Notes under the pieces: generated by a model
Seen by the model: only the letters and a program-made list of their open reading frames with translations
What the model was told of the DNA's origin: nothing
Databases searched by the model: none
Position numbers and translations under genes: made by a program
In this document: in pieces, positions 37,670 through 49,862 of the stretch
Numbering within the stretch: the stretch's first letter is position 1
Layout: each line of letters starts with the position of its first letter
Assembly (NCBI RefSeq): GCF_006345805.1
Contig: NC_042998.1
Span: 203,236,001 to 203,300,000 of the forward strand
Reading direction: 5' to 3'
Origin: Octopus sinensis
Lineage: Eukaryota
Length of the DNA stretch: 64,000 bases

Positions 37670-37800
37670 ATTTATTATATAGAAGGAGCTTCTACAGGAC
37701 TAGAACGGTTTCATTCAAGAGAAATCATCAGGAAGCTTCCTGATGATTTCTCTTGAATGAAACAGTTCTAGTCCTGTAGAAGCTCCTCTATATAATAAAT
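37670..37800. repeat. 131-bp spacerless palindrome (inverted Penelope-like terminal repeat)
   Basis: Centre ggaag|cttcc at 37735/36; the arms differ by one substitution and one indel. Confidence 0.92.
37734..37784 (+). ncRNA. Type-I hammerhead ribozyme motif (Penelope-like repeat associated)
   Basis: Stem I agcttc(37734-39)/gaagct(37779-84); core CTGATGA 37740-46; stem II ttc/gaa with a U-U base; GAA; stem III ACAG/CTGT; cleavage triplet GUA 37776-78. Confidence 0.7.
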
Positions 37801-37809
37801 AAATAAAAA

Positions 37810-38090
37810 ATATATATAGATATGTATATATATATGTATATTGTATATATATTATATATGTATATATATATGTATATGTATATATATGTATATATATAAT
37901 GTATATATATAGATGTATAGATGTATATGTATATATGTATATGTATTATATGTATATGTTATGTATATGTATATATATATGTATATGTATATATGTATAT
38001 GTATATATATATATATGTATATGTATATGTATTATATATATATAATGTATATGTAAGATATATATATAATATGTTATGTATATGTATATG

Positions 38091-38125
<35 letters not shown>

Positions 38126-39026
38126 GTATATAGATATATATATGTATATATATATATATATGTATTATATATGTAGATTGCATATATATATGTATATGCA
38201 TATATATATGTATATATATATGTATATGTATATATATATATGTATATGTATATGTATATATATATGTATATGTATATAATGGTTATATATATATATATAT
38301 GTATATGTATATATAAGTATATGGATATATATATGTATATGTATATGTATATGTATATATATGTATATGTAATATATATGTTTATGTATATATATGTATA
38401 TATAGGTATATGTATATATATGTATATATATTATATGTATATGTATATGTATATATGTATGTATATGTATATGTATATGTATATATGTATATGTATATGT
38501 ATATATATATAGTATGTATATGTATATATATATATGTATGTATATGTATATATATATATATATATGTATATGTATATATATATATGTATGTATATGTATA
38601 TATATATATGGATATATTAATATATGTATGTATATGTATATATTATATATATATTATGTATATGTATATTATATATATATTATATGTATGTTATATATAT
38701 ATATGTATGTATATGTATATATTATATATATGTATATGTATAATATATATGTATGTATATGTATATATATATATATGTATATGTATATATATATATATGT
38801 ATGTATATGATATGTATATATATATATATGTATGTATGTATATGTATATATATATATATGTATGTATATATATATATAATATATATATATATTATGTTAT
38901 GTATATAAGATATTATGTATATATATAATGTATATGTATATATATGTATGTATATGTATATATGTAATGTATGTATATGTATATATGTATATGATATGTA
39001 TATATGTATATGTATATATATGTATG

Positions 39027-39084
<58 letters not shown>

Positions 39085-39087
39085 TAT
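37810..39087. repeat. ~1.3-kb (TA)/(TATG)/(TATATG) array
   Basis: Direct observation. Confidence 0.97.
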
Positions 39088-40912
39088 GCGTTAGGCAGTC
39101 CCTTCCATTACGGAACCCATGTTGGTTGGAGATCAGCCGTCTGTTGCTTTCCAGAAATTGGGTTATTCGAGATCTCACCACCCTCTCAAATACCTTGATG
39201 ATATGAGAGGTGAGTGAGATCGGATGGTAGTTCACTGCAAGGGACTTGTTTCCCTTTTTGAAAACTGGGACAGAAGGTTTTTTGGAATATAGCCAGCATC
39301 CAGTGAGTTTCTCCACAGATTAGCAAGGGGAGATGCAAGTTGGTGTCGACACACTTCAGGACACAAGTAGGGAACCTATCGGGGCCTACTGCTGAATTGT
39401 GTTTTATTTGTTTATCGCCGCTAAGACATCAGGGGCACTAAACGTTATGTCCAATATAGTGTGTTGGGGGTTGACATCACTGATACAGCCCAGATCGGCC
39501 ATATCAGGATTGCTGAAAACAGAGCAGTATGTTTCTGCAGTATCTCGGCCATGGATTTGGCATTATCTTGAGAGGAGTGCAGTTTCGTCAATTAGAGGGC
39601 CAACAGTGGAGAACAGTGACCCTCGTTTCCTCGCAAATGAAAAGAACACTTTGGGGTTGAGTTTGATTTTTTCAATGGCCCACTTCTCCTCAGCTGATCT
39701 TTGGTATTGATGAGGGTCTTCATGCATTGTTGGGGTTATATTTTTTGGATTCAAGCAGTGCGATAGCTGTCGAATGTGTGTGTTGCTGTTGGCAGTACTT
39801 TAGTTTGTAATTTTTTTGTTTGTTCTTTTTATTTTTCTGATAATGGTTTCGGTTTGGGGGATTCTGCACTTTTTGTTCACAGGTCTTGGTGGGGAGTGTT
39901 TTGCACATAGTCTGTGACGGTTGTCTACAAAGATCTGCCAAGATGTTTTATGGTTGGTGGAGATGTGTGTATGTGTAAAGGACCAGTCAACATGTGATAG
40001 CTCGTTCCTGATTGCATCCCAGTTGGCATTATGGAGGATCCATGTGTCAAATGGGTGGGCTGGAGGAGGTCACTAGGATTAGCTTTCGGCTGGTGGAATT
40101 TCATGTTACAGAGAACCATGTCATGGTCTGAAAGAAGGGTTTTTCCACTGTAACGTTATGGATAGTGTTAGTGTGGTTACTAAACATTAGGTCCAAATGT
40201 TCTGATGTCTTGTTGGTGCAAGGACAAGTTGGGACACAGAAAAAACTCATCGTAAAGTCGAAAAGTGACTCTGCTGCTCTTTGTCAGCGGTTGAGGGGAG
40301 TGCTTGGTTTCAAACAGTTTGTAGTCCAGTCAACACAGGGTAGATTGAAGTCTCCCATCATGAGTATGTTGCTAGAATGGCACTGTTGAATAAAGCACTT
40401 AATGTTGTTGAGGCATTCTTTAAAGCACAGTATGGGTGTTGGGGCGGCCTATAGAGCCCAATTACTGTCAGGTCATTGGCTTTGTTGTGCACGGTGACTG
40501 ATTCACAGTAGCCGGGAAAATATACTATTTCCATCTGCCGTAAATGAATCATGCAGGAAAATGGGCAATGGCGTTCCACCCTTCCTCCTGCCGATACGAT
40601 CCGCGCGGATGGTTGTGAAATTCTTCACTCTCACTTCGGCTTCCAAGTGGGAGTGTCAGGTGGGTCTCAGTTGAGAATGAAGAAAGGGATGTGGGTGAAT
40701 GGTACCAACCCAGTCTTCAATGAATTGGACCTTCCATTTTTGTGCATTGATGGAAGGGCTGACACCTTGTGCATTGAGTAGAATGTGGAGGTAGTGTAGT
40801 GCTGGTTTGACTGTTGCAGGGGGCTTGGATTTTTGTGTGTGTTAGTGGCAGCAATGTGGGGGAATGGTGCACTGGGGTAATAGCATAGGATGGTGTTGAG
40901 TGATGGCTAGAC
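39088..40912 (-). mobile_element. Non-LTR retrotransposon remnant: APE endonuclease plus start of RT (CR1/L2-like group), 3'-truncated
   Basis: Motifs ETHL, R.DR..RKGG, YRPP, MGDFN and SDHD, then NYHPISLTSHIIKVFERVV...[12 protein letters not shown]; frameshifted. Confidence 0.9.
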
Positions 40913-41119
40913 ACATATACATATATATATATATATAATATACCACATATACATATATATATACACATATATATATACAAATATACATATATATATACAC
41001 ATTACCTATATATATACACATATACATATATATATATACATATACATATATATATACACATATACATATATATATATACATATACATATATATATATACA
41101 TATATATATATATTATACA

Positions 41120-41155
<36 letters not shown>

Positions 41156-41252
41156 CACATATACATATATATATATACATATACATATATACATATACAT
41201 TACATATATATACAATATATATATATACATATATATATACACCATATATATA
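40913..41252. repeat. (TA)/(CATA) array
   Basis: Direct observation. Confidence 0.95.
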
Positions 41253-41254
41253 CG

Positions 41255-43679
41255 CTGAGGCAAGTGAAAATCAATCAACAAAATAGATGAACATCAATGG
41301 AATTTGTATCTTTGTGGTACCAGTGCCTGTGGCACACAAGAAAACCATCCGAACGTGGCCGTAGCCAGTACCGCATCGACTGGCCTCCGTGCTGTGGGAA
41401 CATGGTGGCACATTAAAAACACCATCCGAAGACCCGGCAAGACTAGTCAGGTCATAACCCGTGGGCCCTACCTGGGACGTAGTCAGTCCACCTGTACATA
41501 CCTTCCGACTTGTGAAGACCTGCTGAGGCAAGTGAAAATCAAATCAAATCAAAACAAATCAAAATAGATGAACATCAATGGAATTTGTATCCTTGTGGTA
41601 CCAGTGCCAGTGGCACACAAGAATCCATCCGAACGTGGCCGTTAGTCAGTACCGCTTGTGGTACCAGTGCCGGTGGCACACAAGAATCCATCCGAACGTG
41701 GCCGTAGTCAGTACCGCTTGTGGTACGGTACCAGTGCCGGTGGCACACAAGAATCCATCCGAACGTGGCCGTAGTCAGTACCGCATCACTGGCATCGTGC
41801 TGTGGGCACATAACAAAAACCATCCAGTCGTGGCCGTTCGCCAGCCTCATCTAGCACCTGTGTCGGTGGCACATAAAAACACCTTCCGAAGACCCGGCAA
41901 GACTAGTCAGGCCATAAACCATGGCCCCTACCTGGGACGTAGTCAGTCCACCTGTGCATACCTTCCTCCTTGTGATACTTGTGAAGGCCTGTTGAGGCAA
42001 GTGAAAATCAAAGGCCTGTTGAGGCAAGTGAAAATCAAAATCAAAATCAAATCAAAACAAATCAAAATAGATGAACATCAATGGAATTTGTATCTTTGTG
42101 GTACCAGTGCCGGTGGCACACAAGAGAAAACCATCCGAAAGTGGCCGTAGCCAGTACCGCATCGACTGGCCTCCGTTCTGTGGGCACATGACAAACACCA
42201 TCCGATCGGGCCGTTCGCCAGCCTCATCTAGCACCTGTGTCGGTGGCACATAAAAACACCATCCGAAGACCCGGCAAGACTAGTCAGGCCATAACCCATG
42301 GCCCCTACCTGGGACGTAGTCAGTCCACCTGTGCATACCTTCCTTCTTCTGACACTTGTGAAGACCTGTTGAGGCAAGTGAAAATCAAAATCAAAACAAA
42401 TCAAAATAGATGAACATCAATGGAATCTGTATCTTTGTGTACCAGTGCCAGTGGCACACACTTTGTGGTACCAGTGCCGGTGGGCAACATGAGAACCATC
42501 CGAACGTGGCCGTAGCCAGTTCCGCATCGACCGGCCTCCGTGCTGGGGCACGTAACAAACACCATCCGATCATGGCCGTTCGCCAGCCTCATCTGGCACC
42601 TGTGTCGGTGGCACATAAAAACACCTTCCGAAGACCCGGCAAGACTAGTCAGTCCACCTGTGCATACCTTCCTTCCTTCTTGTGACACTTGTGAAGACCA
42701 GTGAGGCAAGTGAAAATCAAATCAAATCAAATCAAAATAGACAAAATAGATGAACATCAATGGAATTTGTATCTTGTGGTACCAGTGCCTGTGGCACACA
42801 AGAAATCCATCAGTGCCGTAGTCAGTGCGGTGGGCACATGACAAACACCATCCGATCGTGGCCGTTCGCCAGCCTCATCTAGCACCTGTGTCGGTGGCAC
42901 ATAAAAACACCATCCGAAGACCCGGCACAAGACTAGTCAGGCCATAACCCATGGCCCCTACCTGGGACGTAGTCAGTCCACCTGTGCATACCTTCCTTCT
43001 TGTGACACTTGTGAAGACCTGTTGAGGCAAGTGAAAATCAAATCAAATCAAAACAATCAAAATAGAATGAACCAATGGAATTTGTATCTTTGTGGTACCA
43101 GTGCCGGTGGCACGTGGCACATAAGAAAACCATCCGAACGTGGCCGTAGCCAGTACCGCATCGACTGGCCTCCGTGCTGTGGGCACGTAACAAGCACCAT
43201 CCGATTGTGGCCGTTTGCCAGCCTCATCTGGCACCTGTGTCGGTGGCACATAAAAACACCATCCGAGCGTGGCCGTCTGCCAGCCTCGTCTGGCACCTGT
43301 GTCGGTGGCACATAAAAACACCATCCGAGCGTGGCCGTCTGCCAGCCTCGTCTGGCACCTGTGTCGGTGGCACATAAAAAACACCATCCGAGCGTGGCCG
43401 TCTGCCAGCCTCGTCTGGCACCTGTGTCGGTGGCACATAAAAAACACCATCCGAGCGTGGCCGTTTTGTCAGCCTCGTCTGGCACCTGTGTCGGTGGCAC
43501 ATAAAATCACCCACTACACTCTCGGAGTGGTTGGCGTTAGGAAGGGCATCCAGCTGTAGAAACACTGCCAGATCTGACTGGACTGGTGCAGCTTTCGGGC
43601 TCCCCAGACCCCAGTTGAACCGTCCAACCCATGCTAGCATGGAAAGCGGACGTTAAATGATGATGATGATGATGATGAT
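41255..43679 (+). repeat. Tandem array of six RTE 3'-segment units ending in the RTE tail and (ATG)n
   Basis: gaggcaagtgaaaatc recurs at 41257, 41525, 41994/42021, 42371, 42703 and 43024; the last unit contains five ~62-bp subrepeats. Confidence 0.85.
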
Positions 43680-43782
43680 ATATATATATACATATACATA
43701 TATATATATACATATACATATATATATATACATATATATATATACATATATATATACATATATACATATACATATATATACA

Positions 43783-46004
43783 TGACATAAACATGAAACA
43801 CAAACACTTCATGTCCATAATACAAGCCATATGTGACAAATATGTCCCAGTGTGCAGGGCCAGCACACACAGAACAAAAACAGGATCCCTAGAGAAAGGA
43901 GGATTCTTATGAGACGACGGACAAGGATTGCAAATCGCCTGAACAAGCACACAAAAGTGGTGAGAAGTCTCGGCTCGAAAGAATGCTAATGGAAACTGAG
44001 AAAAGTCTACATCAGTCCCATGAAAAGGAGAGAGACCAGATAAAGAAGCTTGGGTAATATAGAAATATAAAATCAAACCCTAAAGCTTTCTTTAAGTTGC
44101 CAAAGAGACAGCCACAGTGCACCAGAGAATAGGACCTCTCTTCCAAAAAGATGGCTCTCTCACAGGAAATCCCACGAGGATAAGTGAAATACCGAACGAA
44201 CAGTTCCAAGTGTGTTCACTACACCTCTAGGACACAGGCAAGTAAACAACCCAGAAGAATTCTTTGCCACTTTACCAGCGGCCAAAGAGACAAAAATTGA
44301 GTACATCAACATCGAAGAAGATGATTCACACTAGCCATTGATGAGATTGACACAAACTCAGCTGCTGGACCTGATGGATTCCCAGCGATCCTTCTCAAAT
44401 CGTGCAAACGAGCCCTTGCAAAACCGCTACAGCTTCTTTTTCAGAGCTTTTTGCAAGTGGTAAGCTCCCAGTCAAACTGAAAGAGGGGGTAATATGCCCT
44501 ATCCATAAGGGAGGTAGCAGAGCAGATGCTAAAAATTATAGGCCTATCTCTCTGACCTCACACATCAGCAAAGTCATGGAACGAATAGTCCGTAAGAAAC
44601 TAATCATGTTCCTTGAAGAAAATGACTTACTGTCTGACACCCAGCATGGATTTCGACCAGGTAGAGGCTGCCTAACACAGCTCCTGCAACACTATGACTG
44701 GGTGTTGAAACAGCTACTAAATGGCTCAAATGTGGATGTAATATATCTTGACTTTGCAAAAGCCTTGATAAAGTCGACCATGGTATGATCTGTCACAAAC
44801 TGCGTGGTCTCGGCATAGGCGGGAAACTTGGAGAGTGGCTGCACAACTTCCTAAAAGACAGAGAAAACAGGCAGTTGTGAGCAATGGAGCCACCTCCAGG
44901 GAAACGCAAATAACAAGCGGTGTCCCACAGGGCACTGTCTTGGGGCCACTGATGTTCATAGTGGCCCTTTCAGACATGCCTTCAGTTGCTATGATGACCA
45001 CCCTTGCTAGCTATGCAGATGACACAAAAGTCTCCCACGCAATACAAAACCCTGAAAATATTGCGCATCTGCAACATGAGCTGGACACAATATACAGGTG
45101 GGCTGAGGACAACAACATGCAGTTTAATGCAGGTAAGTTCCAGGCCCTGCGCTACTGGCACACAAGGTAAATGACGTGAAGACTGGATACACTGGCCCAG
45201 GAAGAATTGCAATCCCTGAGTCAAAATCAGTGCGTGACCTGGGCATTGACATGAGCAATGATGCATCTTTCCAAATGCATATTGCTAATCTGGTGATAAA
45301 ATGCAGACGGCTAGCTGGATGGATTCTCCGAACTTTCAGAACAAGAGAGAAGGAGACACTGATGGTCCTATGAAAACATTTGTCCTCAGCCGCTTGGACT
45401 ACTGCTCCCAACTTTGGTCACCACACAATATAAAACAAACAGCAGAACTCGAAGCAACTCAGAGAAGCTACACAAAGAAAATCGTCTCAATGCAAAATGT
45501 CAGCTACTGGGAAAGACTGAAGGTATTAAACCTCTTCTCCCTGGAGCGGAGGCGGGAGAGATATGCAGTGATATACATCTGGAAAATCCTGGAGGGTCTT
45601 GTCCCAAACTTTGGCATTCAAAGTTACTCCAACCGCAGAAACGGGGCGCCGCTGCGTGGTGCCAAGGATTCCAACATCACCATCAAATACAGGTCCAGAT
45701 ACTGCAACAGCTTGGGTTTCAGAGGACCACAGCTCTTTAACATCCTCACTAAATGCCTGAGAGACTTACATGGTGTGGATGTGGTTTCTTTAAAACTAAA
45801 CTGGATCTCTTCTTGTTGGGAGTCCCAGATGAACCTACCTCACGACAGGAGACATGGATGCGGGCAGCAGCAGCATCGAACTCCCTGTTGATCAAGTGCT
45901 ACGTATCAGAGGTGGATTCACAAACTAGTGTAGCTCATCCAGCGGTGGTGCCCCAGCATGGCCGCGGCCTTCGGGCTAAAACATTTTTAAGGATTTAAGG
46001 ATTT
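43783..46004 (+). mobile_element. Non-LTR retrotransposon remnant: RT domain through 3' tail, 5'-truncated
   Basis: NYRPISLTSH, QHGFRPGR, YLDFAKA, SGVPQGTVLGPL, YADD, SRLDYCSQLW and LFSLERRRER; frameshifts; tail (tttaagga)n. Confidence 0.92.
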
Positions 46005-47000
46005 ATACATATATATGTATGTATATATATACATACATATATATGTACGTACATATGCATGTGTGTATGTATATAAATACATACATACGTTCGTACATAT
46101 GCATGTATATATATACATGCATACGTACGTACATATGCATGTATATATACATACATACGTGCGTACGTACATATGCATGTATATATACATGCATACGTAC
46201 GTACTTACATATGCCATAATATTTATACATACGTGCGTACGTACATATGCATGTATATATACATGATTATGTACGTACGTATGCGTGTGTATATATATAC
46301 ATGCATACGTACGCACATATGTGTACGTACGTATGCATGCATATATATACACATGCATGTGTATATATATATACATGCATACGTACGTACTACATATGTA
46401 TATATATATACATGCATGCGTACGTACGTACATATGCATGTATGTATATATATGCATACATTCGTACGTACGTACGTACGTACATGTGCGTGTATATATA
46501 TATACATGCATATGTATGTATATACATACATACATACATATGTATGTATGTATATACATACATATGTATGTATGCATGTGTGTATGTATATATATATACA
46601 CATGCGTACGTACGTACATATGCATGTGTATATATATACACACATGCATATATACATAAGTAGGTACACATGCATGTATTTATATACACATGCATGTATA
46701 CATACGTACGTACAAATGCATGTATACATACACATGCATTTGTACGTACGTAAGTATGCATGTATATATATGTACATGCATATGTATGTATGCATGCATG
46801 CATGCATATATATATACATACATATGTACGTACGTATGTATGTATGTTTGCATGTATGTATGTATGTATGCATGTATATATATATACATATGTACGTACG
46901 TACGTATGTTTGTATATATATAAATATATACATATATACATATGTATGTATGTATATATATAAATGTATACATATGTATGTATATGTACATACACATCTA
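46005..47000. repeat. ~1-kb alternating purine-pyrimidine array (TA, TACG, TGCA, CATA)
   Basis: Direct observation. Confidence 0.97.
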
Positions 47001-47730
47001 TAGTACGCACTGTGGTCGATGCAATCGATGTAACCCTTTTGTCTGTCCCCTCCATGTTTAGCCCCTTGTGGGCAATAAAGAAATAATATAGAAACTGTAA
47101 AAAGTCCATGTGTGTGTGTGTGTATATATATATATAATATATATATATATACACTCTCATCTTGACATCATGTCATGGTTGTAAAGATGCCATTATGTCA
47201 TACAACTGCTGTTATTCATTTCTAGTCTTTAATTAGAAAAATGTTTGGTCCTGGGGAAAACATTACCTTGCTTGGAAACAGGGGAAGGTTAGAGACAGGA
47301 AAGGCATCTTTCTGTAGAAAAGTCTGCCTCAACAAATTCTGTCCGAGTCACGCAAGCAGGGAAAAGCGAACATTAAAATGATGCTAATGAAGCGAAATGG
47401 TTTAAAAGAAATGTTAAAAGATTAAAAACAAATTTTTTTAATTCCTCCAGAGAGGAAGATTCTTTAAATATTTTATTTATTGTAATTCCGTCATTAACTC
47501 AAAAACAAAGACAAAAAAAAGAGACAAAATAAAATAAAATGTATAATTAATAATTTTAATTAAAATGTTTGAAAATTCACCACGGAAAATGGTGGGTGAG
47601 GATTGTTAATCACAGAATTTGCACATGGCATCCGACTAGGTTTTATTCATTTAAAACTTTTTCTTGCATTTAGAATGTTTGATATATTCTGGTTGTGTGT
47701 CTGCATTAGAGATCATTATTATTATTATTA

Positions 47731-47947
47731 TTGATTTCAAATTTTGGCACAAGGCCAGCAATTTCAGAGGAAAGAGTAAGTCAATTCTTCAACCTCCCCC
47801 AATATTCAACTGGTACTTTTATTAGCAACCCTGAAAGGATGAAAGGCAATGCTGACCTCAGCAGAATTTGAACTCTGAACATAAAGATGAACAAAATGCC
47901 ACAGCATTTTGCCTGGCATGCAACCGATTCTGCCAGCTTGCTGCCTT
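47731..47947 (-). mobile_element. SINE family B
   Basis: Reverse copy downstream of the HLCS stop. Confidence 0.8.
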
Positions 47948-47987
47948 GAGACCACCATCATCATCATTATTATTATCATCCTTATTT

Positions 47988-48134
47988 TGGCGTTAGGAAG
48001 GGCATCCAGCTGTAGAAACACTGCCAGATCAGACTGGGCCTGGCGCAGCCTTCTGGCTTCCCAGACCCCAGTTGAACCATCCAACCCATGCTAGCATGGA
48101 AAACGGACATTAAACAATGATGATGATGATGATG
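47988..48134 (+). mobile_element. RTE-related 3' tail fragment
   Basis: tggcgttaggaagggcatccagctgtagaaac...catgctagcatggaaaacggac plus (ATG)n. Confidence 0.8.
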
Positions 48135-48683
48135 ATTATTATAGCAGTGGATTGGTCAAATCAATGGAGCACCAGAGAAAATGTCTTGTGCTGTTTCTAC
48201 TGGTTTCTTTATGTTGCAAGATCAAATCCAGCTGAGGTCGACATAAAGTACCAGTCAAATACTGGGGTCGATGACACTAACAGCTCCTCTTCACAAAATT
48301 GTTGGCCATACGCCAAAATTAGAAGTAATAATAGAAATTGTTGTTGTTGCTGTTGTTGTCAGGATGCTTATTGTAGTGTTTGTCAGGTCTCATGTCTAAT
48401 TGAGAAACATTCACCCCACCCCCGCTGCCTTCAATTATTCTAATGATCAATTAAGCCAGACTGTACATCTCCAAACCTTCTTGGTCGGCAGATTTTAATA
48501 CTCAACTTCAAGTCTGTAGGCTCATTAAAATTAATGAACAGTCACTGGTCAGCACACTCGCATGCACACACACACCCACATACATACAATGTTACCAAGG
48601 TTCGCAAGATCTTCTAAGACGTTATTCTCTTGGTGTCCATGGTAACACAGATGACATTTATTCAGAAAAAGAAATTTGACCAT

Positions 48684-48689
48684 TTTATT
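48684..48689 (-). promoter_or_regulatory. Candidate HLCS polyadenylation signal AATAAA
   Basis: First AATAAA on the minus strand, about 46 nt after the stop codon. Usage cannot be shown from DNA. Confidence 0.3.
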
Positions 48690-48734
48690 TTTATCTTTTT
48701 GTAAAGTTATTTAATCTTTCTGTTGTGTTGGTGT

Positions 48735-48906
48735 CTAATTAGTTTTAATTGCAATTAAGTTCTTCATAAAGTCAAAAGTGTTGCCATCAGGTTGCACGCT
48801 AATCAAGCGCCCTTCTGCAGTCTTCACTTGCAGGAAACCGTTCTCGTCCAAACCATTTATGTCGACTTCCAGATTGTTTTCGCATTCAAGACGAACTTTG
48901 GCTCCC
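48735..48906 (-). CDS. HLCS: Holocarboxylase synthetase, last coding exon (C-terminal domain)
   Basis: Acceptor tttgtgtttcag|G completes AG|G (Arg) in frame. Translates GAKVRLECENNLEVDINGLDENGFLQVKTAEGRLISVQPDGNTFDFMKNLIAIKTN*, like human GLDDSGFLQV...VHPDGNSFDMLRNLI as recalled. TAG at 48737-48735. Confidence 0.92.
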
Positions 48907-48947
48907 CTGAAACACAAAAACAAAAAACAAACCTTTGAATATTTTAA

Positions 48948-49831
48948 CCCTTTTGTTACTGCATTTATTTTGAGATATTCTGTGTTTCTTTCAATTAATT
49001 TAAATATAACAAAGAATTTAGTGAGATAACTTAGTTACCATTAAGTTAGTGTTAGGAACATAAATTGTGACTAAGGTTTGGTGGAAGATTTTAAATCAAA
49101 ACTTATGAAAACAAGACATTTGTACTACAGAGCCAGAGGCAGTTTCAGCCAGGTTTTGAAAACAAGACATTTGTATTACAGAGCCAGAGGTGGTTTCAGC
49201 CAGGTTTTGAAAACAAGACATTTGTATTACAGAGCCAGAGGTGGTTTCAGCCAGGTTTTGAAAACAAGACATTTGTATTACAGAGCCAGAGGTGGTTTCA
49301 GCCAGGTTTTGAAAACAAGACATTTGTATTACAGAGCCAGAGGTGGTTTCAGCCAGGTTTTGAAAACAAGACATTTGTATTACAGAGCCAGAGGTGGTTT
49401 CAGCCAGGTTTTGAAAACAAGACATTTGTATTACAGAGCCAGAGGTGGTTTCAGCCAGGTTTTGAAAACAAGACATTTGTATTACAGAGCCAGAGGTGGT
49501 TTCAGCCAGGTTTTGAAAACAAGACATTTGTATTACAGAGCCAGAGGTGGTTTCAGCCAGGTTTTGAAAACAAGACATTTGTATTACAGAGCCAGAGGTG
49601 GTTTCAGCCAGGTTTTGAAAACAAGACATTTGTATTACAGAGCCAGAGGTGGTTTCAGCCAGGTTTTGAAAACAAGACATTTGTATTACAGAGCCAGAGG
49701 TGGTTTCAGCCAGGTTTTGAAAACAAGACATTTGTATTACAGAGCCAGAGGTGGTTTCAGCCAGGTTTTGAAAACAAGACATTTGTATTACAGAGCCAGA
49801 GGTGGTTTCAGCCAGGATGGTAACGAAACGG
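48948..49831. mobile_element. piggyBac-like MITE with internal 51-bp array
   Basis: TTAA at 48944-47 and 49832-35; TIRs cccttttgttac / gtaacgaaacgg. Confidence 0.8.
49108..49815 (+). repeat. 51-bp minisatellite, ~13.9 copies
   Basis: Unit aaaacaagacatttgtattacagagccagaggtggtttcagccaggttttg; copies after the first appear identical. Confidence 0.97.
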
Positions 49832-49862
49832 TTAAGAATTGTTTCTCTATTATATATTTTAA

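Noticed and set aside
41255-43679. HDV-like or hammerhead ribozyme in the RTE array units; coding potential of ORFs 41578-43640
   Set aside because: CTGYTGAG..GAAA lacks stems and the core, and no nested double pseudoknot could be built by eye. The ORFs are repeat translations.
39088-46004. Twin-primed (5'-inverted) single LINE insertion
   Set aside because: The geometry fits, but the two pieces overlap by several hundred bp of ORF2 and their overlapping peptides are strongly diverged, so they are different elements.
49108-49815. CRISPR-like regular array
   Set aside because: The units are contiguous with no unique spacers, there are no cas genes, and the context is eukaryotic.
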